From positions 40,700-104,699 of the forward strand of contig MGKT01000006.1 of NCBI GenBank assembly GCA_001794755.1: 64,000 bases of DNA, given 5' to 3'. The translations under genes and the position numbers were made by a program. This DNA comes from Candidatus Yanofskybacteria bacterium RIFCSPLOWO2_02_FULL_44_18. Its GTDB lineage: Bacteria > Patescibacteriota > Minisyncoccia > 2-02-FULL-40-12 > GWA2-44-9. Below are positions 48,592 to 58,710 of this stretch, one piece after another; position 1 is the stretch's first letter; each line of letters begins with the position of its first letter. Under the pieces are notes generated by a model. It was not told where the DNA came from. It did not search any database and saw nothing but the letters and a program-made list of their open reading frames with translations.

Positions 48592-49410
48592 CTAGTTTAC
48601 ACTTGATGTACGGAAAACTTTTAATTTATGGAAGTAGCGTCTTTTGGTTTTAACCGCAATTAATAATGCGTCACATAACCATTTATATGCAAGAATATAG
48701 GAGTAGTTAATAGATTTATTCTCCATTTCTATAAAAGGATAGCGCAAGACATGCTCTCGGCTTTCTTTATTTTCAAAATCAGCGGTTACGTATTTGTATA
48801 GCTTAGTGGGGTCGCTCTTTTTGAAAACTTCTAACTTACGATCCACATCGGCTTTGCTGACATATCCGTAGTGTTTGATTCTAAAAGGAACGGTCCGAAC
48901 TGGTGTGGTGATGCCTTGAATCCCTCCCGGGTGGATAACAACATCTTTAAAATAAGTGCCTTCAACATTGCGCCACATAAAACGTTGGGGCCTTAACGTA
49001 TAGAAGAACCAATCTCGATCAAAACGGCAATACTTCATACTCTGCCAAAAATGGCACATCCTAAAACCAATGCAGTCATATGTGTGCTGCCTCATGTATT
49101 TCTCCAAAATAGCTCTTGTTAAATTCTTCTCGAATACTTCATCAGGCCACGCCATAGTAATCCAATCAGCATTTCTTTTTTTAGCTTCTTCCAATAATAT
49201 ATTCATGTCTCTCCCTTCATGAAAGTTGCCCGTGTCATCTCTATATAACACTTGGGCGATTTTGGGAAATTTTTTAAACACCTCGATGGTTCCGTCAGTG
49301 GATCCATTGTCCATGATAATTATTTCATCCATGAGCTCGGAAAGCTTCTCGAGACAGTCTTCAAGTTTCAATAAAGAGTTTTTTGTCCGCAATATAGCGA
49401 CAATTTTCAT
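48592..49410 (-). CDS. GT2 glycosyltransferase
   Basis: DNGSTDGT, HYGY; the usual DxD position reads WPDE. Confidence 0.8.
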   Translation of the reverse strand: MKIVAILRTKNSLLKLEDCLEKLSELMDEIIIMDNGSTDGTIEVFKKFPKIAQVLYRDDTGNFHEGRDMNILLEEAKKRNADWITMAWPDEVFEKNLTRAILEKYMRQHTYDCIGFRMCHFWQSMKYCRFDRDWFFYTLRPQRFMWRNVEGTYFKDVVIHPGGIQGITTPVRTVPFRIKHYGYVSKADVDRKLEVFKKSDPTKLYKYVTADFENKESREHVLRYPFIEMENKSINYSYILAYKWLCDALLIAVKTKRRYFHKLKVFRTSSVN

Positions 49411-49415
49411 GTAGA

Positions 49416-50300
49416 TTAATTTCCTGTTCTAAGTATTTTATAGATCCTACCCCCAAAGAGCATGCTCAAATAATGAACAAAGTATAGCACAGAAAAATAA
49501 TTTGTCATTGCCTGTTTGAACATGCTCCTAGCTTCTAGAAATTGACCATTGTCTCTATACATCAAACCCAGACCAAAATTCTGAGCGGCTAATAATTTTT
49601 TATCTTTCTTTATTTCTTCCATATATTTGGCCAATATCATCTCTCTTCCTAAAATTCTTCTCTTTAGACTGCCCCCGACCTGCTGATGCCCGCCCATAGT
49701 AACCCTCACTAATGGTTGATTAATACCGAGGCCTTTAAATTTACACGTCACTCTGATCATGAGGTCAGCTTCTTGGTGGCTTGGGAATTTCTCGTCAAAC
49801 AAACCGACTTCTTCAAATACGTATTTTTTTATTATCAAAGTTACCGTCAAGAGGGATTTGAAGTAGGACAAAGCCAACTGGTGATAATCGGCAATTCCCC
49901 CCGGCACCGTCGTAATATATCTTCTGGTCGAATAAACATTTTCAACTGCCGAGAAACAAAATCCAACGTCATGGGGAGTTGATTCAAATTGAGCCATCTG
50001 AATGGCAAGTTTGTGGGGCAGCCACTCATCGTCATCGTCAAGAAAGGCGATAAATTCTCCGCCGGCATTTTTAATTCCCGTATTTCTGGCCGCTGAACCG
50101 CCTTTTTCTTCCGAATGTTGAATATATTTCAACCGAGGATCGTTGATGTTATTTATAACCTGGTCGGCTCTTATTTCTAGTCCATCATCTATGACGATGA
50201 CTTCTAAATCTTTGTAGGTTTGACACAAAACAGAATTAATCGCTCTTTTAAGAAGTTCGGGCCGATTGTGAGTTGGAATTATGACAGAGACGTTAACCAT
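49416..50300 (-). CDS. GT2 glycosyltransferase
   Basis: VSVIIPTHNR, VIDDG, ARNTG, FLDDDD. Confidence 0.92.
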   Translation of the reverse strand: MVNVSVIIPTHNRPELLKRAINSVLCQTYKDLEVIVIDDGLEIRADQVINNINDPRLKYIQHSEEKGGSAARNTGIKNAGGEFIAFLDDDDEWLPHKLAIQMAQFESTPHDVGFCFSAVENVYSTRRYITTVPGGIADYHQLALSYFKSLLTVTLIIKKYVFEEVGLFDEKFPSHQEADLMIRVTCKFKGLGINQPLVRVTMGGHQQVGGSLKRRILGREMILAKYMEEIKKDKKLLAAQNFGLGLMYRDNGQFLEARSMFKQAMTNYFSVLYFVHYLSMLFGGRIYKILRTGN

Positions 50301-51315
50301 TTGAAAAAATATCAGCTAGTTTTTCAGTCGCGTCATCCCAGGAAAAATTAGATCTGATAAAATCATAGCCTCTCTGGCTTATCTCATTTCTAAGTTTTTC
50401 ATTTCTAATTGCCAGTCTTAATTTTGTTTCAAGATCATCAGCGTCATTATGTTTTGCCACAAAAGATGTATTTCCATCAATGGCATATTCGTTTGATCCA
50501 CCAGTATCAAAAGTGACATTCGCGCATTTACAGGCCATTGCCTCCATCGGCGGCATACCCAAGGCCTCGTATTCAGACGTGCAGACAAAAATATGGCAAG
50601 ATGAATATATTTTAGCCAAATCTTCCTGTTTTGGATTATAATGATATTCATCGCAAAGAGGATTATCAACTTTTTTATTTCTTACTCCAAACATCACCAA
50701 TTGCGTTTCTGGAAAATCATTTTTTATTCTGGAAAATACTTCTAATCCAATCTTAGTTCCCTTCCATGGATATGTATGATTAAGCATCATGACTCTTATT
50801 GGAGCTGGCTTGCGATACTCAGGTAAAAATTTAAAAAGATCTAAATCAACAGGAATTACTATCACGTGACTGTCCGATTGAAATTTATCTTTAATTATTT
50901 TCTGGAGCCAGCGAGAAGGAACTATTTTTGTTAATGGCAAGCGGTATGTTGGATCCACCAACTCCGCAGGACCATGATAAAGGCTCTCATAATGCAGACT
51001 CAAATAAAACTTTTTCCCTTTTTGGGGGGCATAAGAATCAACTGGCCCTGCAGTCTGCCAAGCCGTAGCAACCACGACATCCCCGTCAGGTATATTATTT
51101 TCATCATAACCAGCAGTCCAAATAACTTTAGCAGCCATCGGCATCCAATTCGGCTTTATATTTAAGGCATTTTTAACAGCTCGCCTGAAATTTCCTTTTG
51201 TTGGCGCAATAATACACACATCATGCCCCTTGCGGGCAAGTAAGTGTGCATAGGTAAGAATTATCCTATTGCCGCCATTTATTTTAAGATGTGTAGCTAA
51301 AAATGTTATTTTCAT
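50293..51315 (-). CDS. GT4 glycosyltransferase
   Basis: GGNR, ATAWQT, WKG, EALGMPPMEAMAC. Confidence 0.9.
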   Translation of the reverse strand: MKITFLATHLKINGGNRIILTYAHLLARKGHDVCIIAPTKGNFRRAVKNALNIKPNWMPMAAKVIWTAGYDENNIPDGDVVVATAWQTAGPVDSYAPQKGKKFYLSLHYESLYHGPAELVDPTYRLPLTKIVPSRWLQKIIKDKFQSDSHVIVIPVDLDLFKFLPEYRKPAPIRVMMLNHTYPWKGTKIGLEVFSRIKNDFPETQLVMFGVRNKKVDNPLCDEYHYNPKQEDLAKIYSSCHIFVCTSEYEALGMPPMEAMACKCANVTFDTGGSNEYAIDGNTSFVAKHNDADDLETKLRLAIRNEKLRNEISQRGYDFIRSNFSWDDATEKLADIFSNG

Positions 51316-51318
51316 ATT

Positions 51319-53073
51319 CTAATCAATTTTAAATATTTCATAATGCCCATCATTATATACAGATGTCATGGTAAACGATCTTTGTTTGGCCGAAAGCGGA
51401 CCTCGGGTAATATCACGAATGAAATAAGAGACGTGATATTTTTTTAAATACTGCCTTATATTGGGACGAATAGTTTCATTGTTTAGTTTGAACGCTTCGG
51501 CAACGGCATCATTTTTTTGCACGTTTAAGGTATCCAAAAAGTCCTCTCGGCAAAACTCGGCCCGTATTTTAAACATCGTGCACAAACTATTACGTAATTC
51601 CAATTCATTTTTTTTATAATCAAAATATGAACCTTCATATTTTACATATTCTTCCGTCAATGTCTTCTTGCTGAGATTCTCAAAGTATTGACTGACTAAA
51701 TACCTTTCACGAATTTCCGATGTTTGCATAATATAAAAATGGACATTTAGAAGACCTGGATATAAAACATAATGTTTTGAAAGATAAGGAACATATCTAC
51801 TAAGCTCATCGTCCGCCCAAATAACAACCGGCTCCTTCTCACTACCATCAAGCCAAGCCAAGGGGGCTCGATAATCCTGAACAGCAAGCGCGTCGGTGTA
51901 AGATATCGAAAATGGAGGAGACACCGAACGTTTAATCTCGGCAAATACGGTTAGGGTGCCGATTAACATCAGGAAAAGTGCTACTATGACTACAAACATT
52001 TTTCCGCGATATAGTTTTAGAATTATGAAATAATACAGGAACATGCCGAGTACAAGAGCAAACCAAACAGTTGTAAATCTGTTAACATGCGTAGCAATCA
52101 AAAAATCTTTTCCGGTAATAGCATTACTGACAAGGGCCAGAAAAACGGCCGCGCTTACAATCAAAAAATACCAAATGGTGATTGTTTTTTCTTTCAACTG
52201 TTTTCTAAAAAATAAAACCCAAATCAGGCCGGCCATTATCAGCCATCGGCCATAGTAATATGCTTCAATCGGTGGTAAATGAGTAGCGACAAAACCGACT
52301 CTCTGCACATTCTCCCAGTAACCGGGTGTCAGAAAACTTACTTTAAATGTATAGAATATGGCTGGTGTAGCCATAATTAACGAGAGGAACGATATTTTCA
52401 AAAGAACAGAAAACTTTTTCCACTGCCTGAATATCATTAAATATATGCATGTAAAAAATACGACAAGAACTACAATCTGCCAAAGGTAAGAATATAAGTA
52501 AAACGAAGCGGCAATAGCCAGTCCGAGAAAAATTCCATAACGTTTTTTTTCGGATTGAAGCCAGCTGAACATTGACCAGTTGAAAAAAATGAAGGCGGGC
52601 ATTATTACCTCCATGACTACCGGTCTTACCAGTCCGCCGTATGAAACAACGTAGACCAGAGAAGCAAGAATTACGGCCCATAGGCGACCGACAAAAAATC
52701 TTAGAAATTTATATGTAAATAGGGCAAAAAAAATGCTCGCCGCAATAAAACCTAACAATAATCCCGCATTAAAAGAAATCCCGAACTTCATCGGAAGCGC
52801 AACAATCGTTTCAGCGATGGAAAATACGGGTTGAGAATCGAAACGATGTTCCAAATAATAGTGATTTCCGGACATGGGGAAATCGGCAATTGTTTTATTA
52901 ATACGGGCGAGATAAAAAGTGGAATCAGTAATATAATTCGGAATTACTCCTCGCCAATTATCTTCCAGATTAAATCTAATCCAAAGAATGGGAAGAGCGC
53001 TGGCAAAAGCAATCGCGATTAGCCAGATAAACAATAATATTTTAAATTTATTTTTTCGTTGCATACTCGTCAC
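51319..53073 (-). CDS. Multi-TM membrane protein, GT-C/oligosaccharyltransferase-like
   Basis: TDSTFYLARI after first TM, many TM helices, extracytoplasmic C-terminal domain. Confidence 0.6.
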   Translation of the reverse strand: MTSMQRKNKFKILLFIWLIAIAFASALPILWIRFNLEDNWRGVIPNYITDSTFYLARINKTIADFPMSGNHYYLEHRFDSQPVFSIAETIVALPMKFGISFNAGLLLGFIAASIFFALFTYKFLRFFVGRLWAVILASLVYVVSYGGLVRPVVMEVIMPAFIFFNWSMFSWLQSEKKRYGIFLGLAIAASFYLYSYLWQIVVLVVFFTCIYLMIFRQWKKFSVLLKISFLSLIMATPAIFYTFKVSFLTPGYWENVQRVGFVATHLPPIEAYYYGRWLIMAGLIWVLFFRKQLKEKTITIWYFLIVSAAVFLALVSNAITGKDFLIATHVNRFTTVWFALVLGMFLYYFIILKLYRGKMFVVIVALFLMLIGTLTVFAEIKRSVSPPFSISYTDALAVQDYRAPLAWLDGSEKEPVVIWADDELSRYVPYLSKHYVLYPGLLNVHFYIMQTSEIRERYLVSQYFENLSKKTLTEEYVKYEGSYFDYKKNELELRNSLCTMFKIRAEFCREDFLDTLNVQKNDAVAEAFKLNNETIRPNIRQYLKKYHVSYFIRDITRGPLSAKQRSFTMTSVYNDGHYEIFKID

Positions 53074-53076
53074 TTA

Positions 53077-53772
53077 TTAATTAATAAAACGATATTTTAT
53101 AATCGTCCATAGTATTCTAAAACCGTGATGCCATTTTATTTTTTTGCCGGCATGATAGTTCCTCGGATAATAATAAATCGGTACATCAATAGTTTTGTAT
53201 CCTTTTTTCAACAATTTGCAGATCAGTTCATTGTCATAATCAAAATTATTGGTATTAACTTTGACTTGCCTCAAAATATCAGCTCGAAATACCTTATAGC
53301 ATCCTTCATAGTCTTTAGCGTTATTCCAATAAAGCCAATTTGTCGTCAGTGAAATCAGATGATTGCCCAGCCATGCGGCCCAGTAGTAAGATTTCTTTCT
53401 CCTTTCATCTTTATCGGGTTTTATGCGTGCTCCCATGACAACTGATGTTTTTTTCTCAATTATAGGCAATATTAATCGGGGATAATCGTTCGGATCATAT
53501 TCAAGATCAGCATCCTGAATTATCACGATATCGCCTGTTGCCCTGGCAATTCCAGTCTTTAGGGCGCCGCCTTTTCCTAGGTTCCGCTCATGGAAGACAA
53601 AATGAATCCCATTGATAGTCTTGAGAATATTACGGGTCCCATCCGTTGATCCATCATCAACGACGATAATTTCTTTTTCGATATCGGGCAAGGTTACTGT
53701 TTGAACCCGCTGAATTATTTCTGTAATTGTTTTTTTTTCGTTAAAAACCGGAATAATAATAGAGAGTTTAAT
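53077..53772 (-). CDS. GT2 (DPM1-like) glycosyltransferase with apparent non-canonical start
   Basis: Frame extends upstream of the TTG at 53691 through [16 protein letters not shown]; [18 protein letters not shown]. Confidence 0.85.
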   Translation of the reverse strand: MKLSIIIPVFNEKKTITEIIQRVQTVTLPDIEKEIIVVDDGSTDGTRNILKTINGIHFVFHERNLGKGGALKTGIARATGDIVIIQDADLEYDPNDYPRLILPIIEKKTSVVMGARIKPDKDERRKKSYYWAAWLGNHLISLTTNWLYWNNAKDYEGCYKVFRADILRQVKVNTNNFDYDNELICKLLKKGYKTIDVPIYYYPRNYHAGKKIKWHHGFRILWTIIKYRFIN

Positions 53773-53888
53773 GATAAAAGTGTTAATTATTATTCTAAAA
53801 TTTTAACTTTTTTATCAATAAAAGTCCAGTTGCCGATTTAGCTGTTTTTTGATACGATGGACTCTATTATTAAAAATTTCAATGCTCT

Positions 53889-54497
53889 ATGCATAATTCA
53901 AAAAATGTAACTCCGGGGCATGGGCTGCTGGAAAAATTTCTTTCTAAAAAAAGGGCCAAGTTGGCCAATCGATTTATCAGGCAGCACCCGACTCGCGACC
54001 GTATTTTGGATATTGGCTGCGGAGTTGTGCCATTGTTTTTGATATCTGCCAATTTTGACGAAAAGATCGGAATCGATCCTTCCGTAAACAATTACTATCA
54101 GAATCATGGAAACCAGAAAATAAATTTGATAAACTTTGATGTAGAGACATGCCAAAACCTTCCGTTTGCCGACAAATATTTCGATGCGGTGACAATGCTC
54201 GCGGTATTTGAACATATTGAACCGGAGAAGCTTCCCTACCTTTTGGGTGAGATCCGCAGAATACTTAAGCCGGGAGGTATTTTTTTTATGACTACCCCTT
54301 GCCCGTGGTCAGACAAACTACTTAAAACATTGGCTAAATACCACATTGTAAGCCAAGAAGGCATGAATGAACATAAAGGCGCTTATACACACAAAGAGAT
54401 AGCTGACTACTTTGCTAAAGGAGGATTTAAATATGAAAAAATGGGCTTTGGCTACTTTGAATTGTTTTTAAACTCTTGGGCTTATGTCCAAACCTGA
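53889..54497 (+). CDS. Class I SAM-dependent methyltransferase
   Basis: ILDIGCG, AVFEHI, RILKPGG. Confidence 0.88.
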   Translation: MHNSKNVTPGHGLLEKFLSKKRAKLANRFIRQHPTRDRILDIGCGVVPLFLISANFDEKIGIDPSVNNYYQNHGNQKINLINFDVETCQNLPFADKYFDAVTMLAVFEHIEPEKLPYLLGEIRRILKPGGIFFMTTPCPWSDKLLKTLAKYHIVSQEGMNEHKGAYTHKEIADYFAKGGFKYEKMGFGYFELFLNSWAYVQT

Positions 54498-54501
54498 TCT
54501 T

Positions 54502-55848
54502 TTAGTATTGCGATAGAAAGTCATCAAACACCCCGCATACATAATCCACCATCTCATCAGTCATACCATGGTGAGCGCCAATAACAAATGTGTTCTTCAT
54601 TATTTTATCAGCGTTAGCAAGTTTCCCCACTACTCGTTTCGGAATTTTCCGAAACGCGGGTTGTCTCAAGATGTTGCCGGCAAACAATAATCTTGTCTGA
54701 ATTTTATTAGCTTCCAGATGTTTTAGAATATCTAAGCGAGTAAACGGAACATTGTCTCTGATCGTAATTGGAAATGCTAGCCAATATGCTTCTGCTTTGG
54801 GCAGATCAGTCGGTAAAAGAAAAAACTTTTCATATTTTTTCAAATAGTTTCCTAACCGATCAAAATTTCGCCTGCGGATTTTATTGAATTCTTGTAATTT
54901 TTTTAATTGCACTAAGCCAAACGCAGCCTGAACCTCGATAGGCTTCAGATTATAACCCACCATTGAATATACGAATTTGCGATCATAAGGTATACCATCA
55001 ATATTGATATTGAAACGTTCCTCCACGCTTTCGTTATCATCTCCAAACCTTCCCCAATCTCTATATGCAAGAGCTCTGGCTAGTAATTTTTCATCATCCA
55101 TGCACAATATTCCGCCGCCGCCGGCTGCAGTGATATTATGAGAGGCATAAAAACTGGAAACCGTTATGTCTGCAAATGACCCGGTCGGCTTACCGGCAAA
55201 TCTGCCGCCTATGGTGTCACAACTATCCTCAATAAAATAAAGTTTATGTTTCCTGCATAGCTTCTGTAGTGTTTCCATGTCATTCAAACTCCCCAATGTA
55301 TGAGGTAAAATAACAGCCCTAGTTTTTCTTGAGATCATTTTGGGTAAATTTTTCAAATCTAGATTGTAGGTACCCAATTCACTGTCGGCTAAAACTGGCA
55401 CTAAATTATTATTCAGAATAGCAGCCAAAGTCGTGGCAAAAGTACAGGCTGTGGTTATAACTTCCGAACCGGGAGGAAGATTTAATATCTTTAAAGAAAG
55501 AAACGTTCCTGAAGAACCGGAATTAACTAACACCCCGTGTTTTTTACCAAAAATAGCTGAAACCTTTTTTGCAAATTCGGCAGAATAATTACCAAGCCCA
55601 AGCCAGCCCTTATCAAGTGCTTCCACTACCGCTTTTTTCTCTTCATCTCCATACACAGCAATAGTGTAATATATTTTGTCAGAACCCGGCTTAAATTTCT
55701 TACTTAAGAAAGTCGGCCCCAAATAAGCCGAGCTTACAAAAAATCTCTGTTCTGATTTATTGTCAGTTAGCACACTGGCAAACTTAGCCACAACCTTGCC
55801 TGCCTCACGCGATTCATTAATTGCTGAGGTTATTTTATTTTTTTTCAT
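54502..55848 (-). CDS. PLP/PMP-dependent NDP-sugar 3-dehydratase-like enzyme (RfbH/ColD-like)
   Basis: VNSGSS, IEDSCDTIG, SFYASHNIT (His at the usual Lys position), RDWGR, GYNLK, TRLLFAGN. Confidence 0.85.
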   Translation of the reverse strand: MKKNKITSAINESREAGKVVAKFASVLTDNKSEQRFFVSSAYLGPTFLSKKFKPGSDKIYYTIAVYGDEEKKAVVEALDKGWLGLGNYSAEFAKKVSAIFGKKHGVLVNSGSSGTFLSLKILNLPPGSEVITTACTFATTLAAILNNNLVPVLADSELGTYNLDLKNLPKMISRKTRAVILPHTLGSLNDMETLQKLCRKHKLYFIEDSCDTIGGRFAGKPTGSFADITVSSFYASHNITAAGGGGILCMDDEKLLARALAYRDWGRFGDDNESVEERFNINIDGIPYDRKFVYSMVGYNLKPIEVQAAFGLVQLKKLQEFNKIRRRNFDRLGNYLKKYEKFFLLPTDLPKAEAYWLAFPITIRDNVPFTRLDILKHLEANKIQTRLLFAGNILRQPAFRKIPKRVVGKLANADKIMKNTFVIGAHHGMTDEMVDYVCGVFDDFLSQY

Positions 55849-56323
55849 TAAATTCTTTTAAAAATTTTTTTATTTTAATCCAGGTCTCACCATTTCCAAC
55901 ATTTTTCGAAGATACGAATAGCTGTTCTTCCAAAGCAGGCATCCATGCCGGATAGCGATAAACTAGAACCTTAGCCTGACTTTTACCGATATTCTTAATT
56001 CCATGCAGATATCCTTTTGGAACAAAAACGGTTTTGAAATTGTCACCACCCATCGGAATTTCCCGCTTTGTATTCTTATTCTTATAAATAATACTCGCAA
56101 CTTGCCCATCCAAACAAGTAATAAATAGGTCGGCAGCAGCATGCACATGGTAACCCTTAAATAATCCCGGTTCCACTACTGTCAGATAAATTTGGCCTCT
56201 AATGTGTTTTGTAAAGTTGTCTTTATCACTAACAATTTCTAAGACCCACCCATTTGGTTTTTTGTCTGCATCAAATGTTTCTATTTTTTTACACGGCTTT
56301 GTTTTGATAAAAGCTTTTTCCAT
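55835..56323 (-). CDS. RmlC-like cupin (NDP-sugar epimerase/isomerase)
   Basis: KGYHVH, VPKGYLHG. Confidence 0.8.
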   Translation of the reverse strand: MEKAFIKTKPCKKIETFDADKKPNGWVLEIVSDKDNFTKHIRGQIYLTVVEPGLFKGYHVHAAADLFITCLDGQVASIIYKNKNTKREIPMGGDNFKTVFVPKGYLHGIKNIGKSQAKVLVYRYPAWMPALEEQLFVSSKNVGNGETWIKIKKFLKEFNEKK

Positions 56324-57012
56324 TTTGAACTATTTAAAGACACGTCCCGTGGCAGTTTAACGCGAGCACTCTCAATTGAAATCTTTCCGACATTAGGAGA
56401 AGTCCGTCTGGCCAAATCATAAATAGTTTTTCTTTTTCCGGATATGTGTATAACCCCTTTTAACGTGGTCATCAGTGAGGCCTTAATTATATCTGGCGCT
56501 CTTTCTGAAGAAAAATCTGAACATGTCCATTGATCGACAAATGCTTTCTCATATTCCCACGAACCATCCTTTTTGAATCCCGTCCGAATGATCAAAGTAT
56601 TTTGATATTGAACCACAATAGCTTCTCCGATTAATTTTGTCAATGAATAAAAATTAACGGGATTCGGTACATCGTCTTCTTTATAATTTCCAGTCATGCC
56701 GTCAAAAACATAATGAGTCGAAATATAAATGAAACGTTTCCCCTTTGAAGCACGGACCATGTTCTCCGTCCCTGAAACATTTACAGACCAACACTTGGTT
56801 TTTTCTTTTTCCGCGGCCAAAACATCTGTCCAACCGGCACAGTGGATAACAATATCGGGGTTATACTTACCGACCGCATTCACACATTTTTTATAGTCAG
56901 TTATATCAAGTTCCTTGGAATCTGGGGCATGGCATTTAACCAGCTTTCTTATATTGGATCCAAGTGCGCCGGAACCTCCGGTTATTAAAATAATTTTTTT
57001 GGTTTTAAACAT
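56281..57012 (-). CDS. RmlD-like NDP-4-keto-sugar reductase
   Basis: TGGSGALG, HCAGWTDV..AE, YISTHYVFDG, YSLTK. Confidence 0.88.
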   Translation of the reverse strand: MFKTKKIILITGGSGALGSNIRKLVKCHAPDSKELDITDYKKCVNAVGKYNPDIVIHCAGWTDVLAAEKEKTKCWSVNVSGTENMVRASKGKRFIYISTHYVFDGMTGNYKEDDVPNPVNFYSLTKLIGEAIVVQYQNTLIIRTGFKKDGSWEYEKAFVDQWTCSDFSSERAPDIIKASLMTTLKGVIHISGKRKTIYDLARRTSPNVGKISIESARVKLPRDVSLNSSKWKKLLSKQSRVKK

Positions 57013-58054
57013 TTTTTAATTCCTTGAGCAATTCTCCGGTTATGATTTTTGGCACATATCTTTCTTCAAATAATTTCCTCGCATTAAGTGATAATTTTCG
57101 CAACAAAACACTGTCATTCTTTAACTGAATAATTTTATTGGCTATCTCCCCAGGGTTAGCTCTGGGGCATAATATAGCTGTATCACCATCGGTCAATATC
57201 TCCCGGGAAGCTAAACTGTCTCCGGTAATAATGGCTTTACCGCAAGCTAAATATTCAAAAAGCTTATTCATACTCACCGTCTTTGCTTTGTGTGTATCAC
57301 CAAACCCACCTAAACAGATATCTGCTCGATTAATATAATTAGGAAGTTCTTTATAATCAACGCGATCTGTCCAAGTAATATTTTTTAAATATAAATCTTC
57401 AGCTATTTTTTTTATTTTTTTATATTCTTGTCCCTGTCCTATAATCTGGAAATGGATGCTATCGTCAATTAATATGCCGGCCGCTTTAATAATATATTCT
57501 ATGCCCTGAAGAGGTATAAAATTACCGTGAAAATGAACAATAAACTTTTCATTATTCTTAATAATAAGTTCGGGCTTAAATATGTTATCGTCAGTACCGA
57601 CAAAAACTCTGGTAAACTTTGATACGTCCACATTGAATGTTTCTTTGAAATATTCAATGTTAGCGTTTGTGTCCAGTAATATCTTGTCAGCCAATTTGCA
57701 ACTTAACCAATCCGAGAGCCAATAATACCTGGCCTTTAAGCTTCCGGGCTTAACCAGTTTTCTGTCGAATACCCAAGAATCATAAATAGAATAAAAAGCA
57801 TCCCAGATTATTTTTTTATCTGATATCAGTTTAATAAAAGGAACCATAAACCTGGAATCAGAATAACCGACTAGTACGGCATCAAATCTACTTTTTAGGG
57901 AGAAATATTTTTTTCCCAAATCCGCTAATCCTCTCCAACCGCGTAGTGATGTATTGGCAAATAGAATCTCTACTCCGTTTTCCTTAAGGCCGCGAATGAT
58001 AACTCTGTTCCTAGAGTAGTTGGGATTAAAATTGCCAAAATAACATATTTTCAT
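57005..58054 (-). CDS. GT4 glycosyltransferase
   Basis: YSRNRV, FHGNFIPLQG, NKLFEYLACGK. Confidence 0.88.
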   Translation of the reverse strand: MKICYFGNFNPNYSRNRVIIRGLKENGVEILFANTSLRGWRGLADLGKKYFSLKSRFDAVLVGYSDSRFMVPFIKLISDKKIIWDAFYSIYDSWVFDRKLVKPGSLKARYYWLSDWLSCKLADKILLDTNANIEYFKETFNVDVSKFTRVFVGTDDNIFKPELIIKNNEKFIVHFHGNFIPLQGIEYIIKAAGILIDDSIHFQIIGQGQEYKKIKKIAEDLYLKNITWTDRVDYKELPNYINRADICLGGFGDTHKAKTVSMNKLFEYLACGKAIITGDSLASREILTDGDTAILCPRANPGEIANKIIQLKNDSVLLRKLSLNARKLFEERYVPKIITGELLKELKNV

Positions 58055-58707
58055 GATTGATTTTCTTTCTTAACTGCTTTGACGACTAATGTCAACGCGA
58101 AGAGATTGGGAAGTTTTCTCATTAAAAATCGGCTTAATGTTCCTATCGCAAACTTATTCTGCCAGAATGTCCGACATTTTAGAGCAACAATGTCGAGATT
58201 GTGACCATCTAGCATTTTTTTAAGAACATCCCAATTGAACCAATAAACATGGCCCTTACCCCGCCTGTTATTTTCGGGCACCTTGCCCAAAACAACCTGC
58301 AGACGCGCCGGCAGCGAACTAAAATTTGGAACGCTTAAAATTACAAATTTTTTTGTAACTCTTTTTGCCTCATTCAAAAGCTTGGCCGGGTCATATAAAT
58401 GCTCAAGCACATCAAGCATAATTACATAATCAAAACTGTCATTTTCATATGGTAATTTTCCGTCGGAAAAATCAAAATGTTCAACATCGAGACCCTTTAA
58501 TTTGCACTTATTAACCGCTTCTTGAGATATATCCAAGCCTCGGGCATGTATATTGCGAGATTTAAGAAAATCCAAAAGGGTGCCATCGCCACAGCCTAAA
58601 TCTAAAATTGAACCGCCGCTTATCATTTTCAATGCTGATTCGTGATTAAAACCGAGCCATGAATCTCGGTTTCGCCATCTTAAATTCTCAAAATATTCTA
58701 TACTCAT
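58051..58707 (-). CDS. Class I SAM-dependent methyltransferase (MetW-like)
   Basis: LDLGCGDG, DVLEHL, SVPNF. Confidence 0.88.
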   Translation of the reverse strand: MSIEYFENLRWRNRDSWLGFNHESALKMISGGSILDLGCGDGTLLDFLKSRNIHARGLDISQEAVNKCKLKGLDVEHFDFSDGKLPYENDSFDYVIMLDVLEHLYDPAKLLNEAKRVTKKFVILSVPNFSSLPARLQVVLGKVPENNRRGKGHVYWFNWDVLKKMLDGHNLDIVALKCRTFWQNKFAIGTLSRFLMRKLPNLFALTLVVKAVKKENQS

Positions 58708-58710
58708 TGC

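Noticed and set aside
53730-53738. Poly-A9 phase-variation frameshift in the GT2
   Set aside because: The tract is in frame as given; no evidence of slippage from a single sequence
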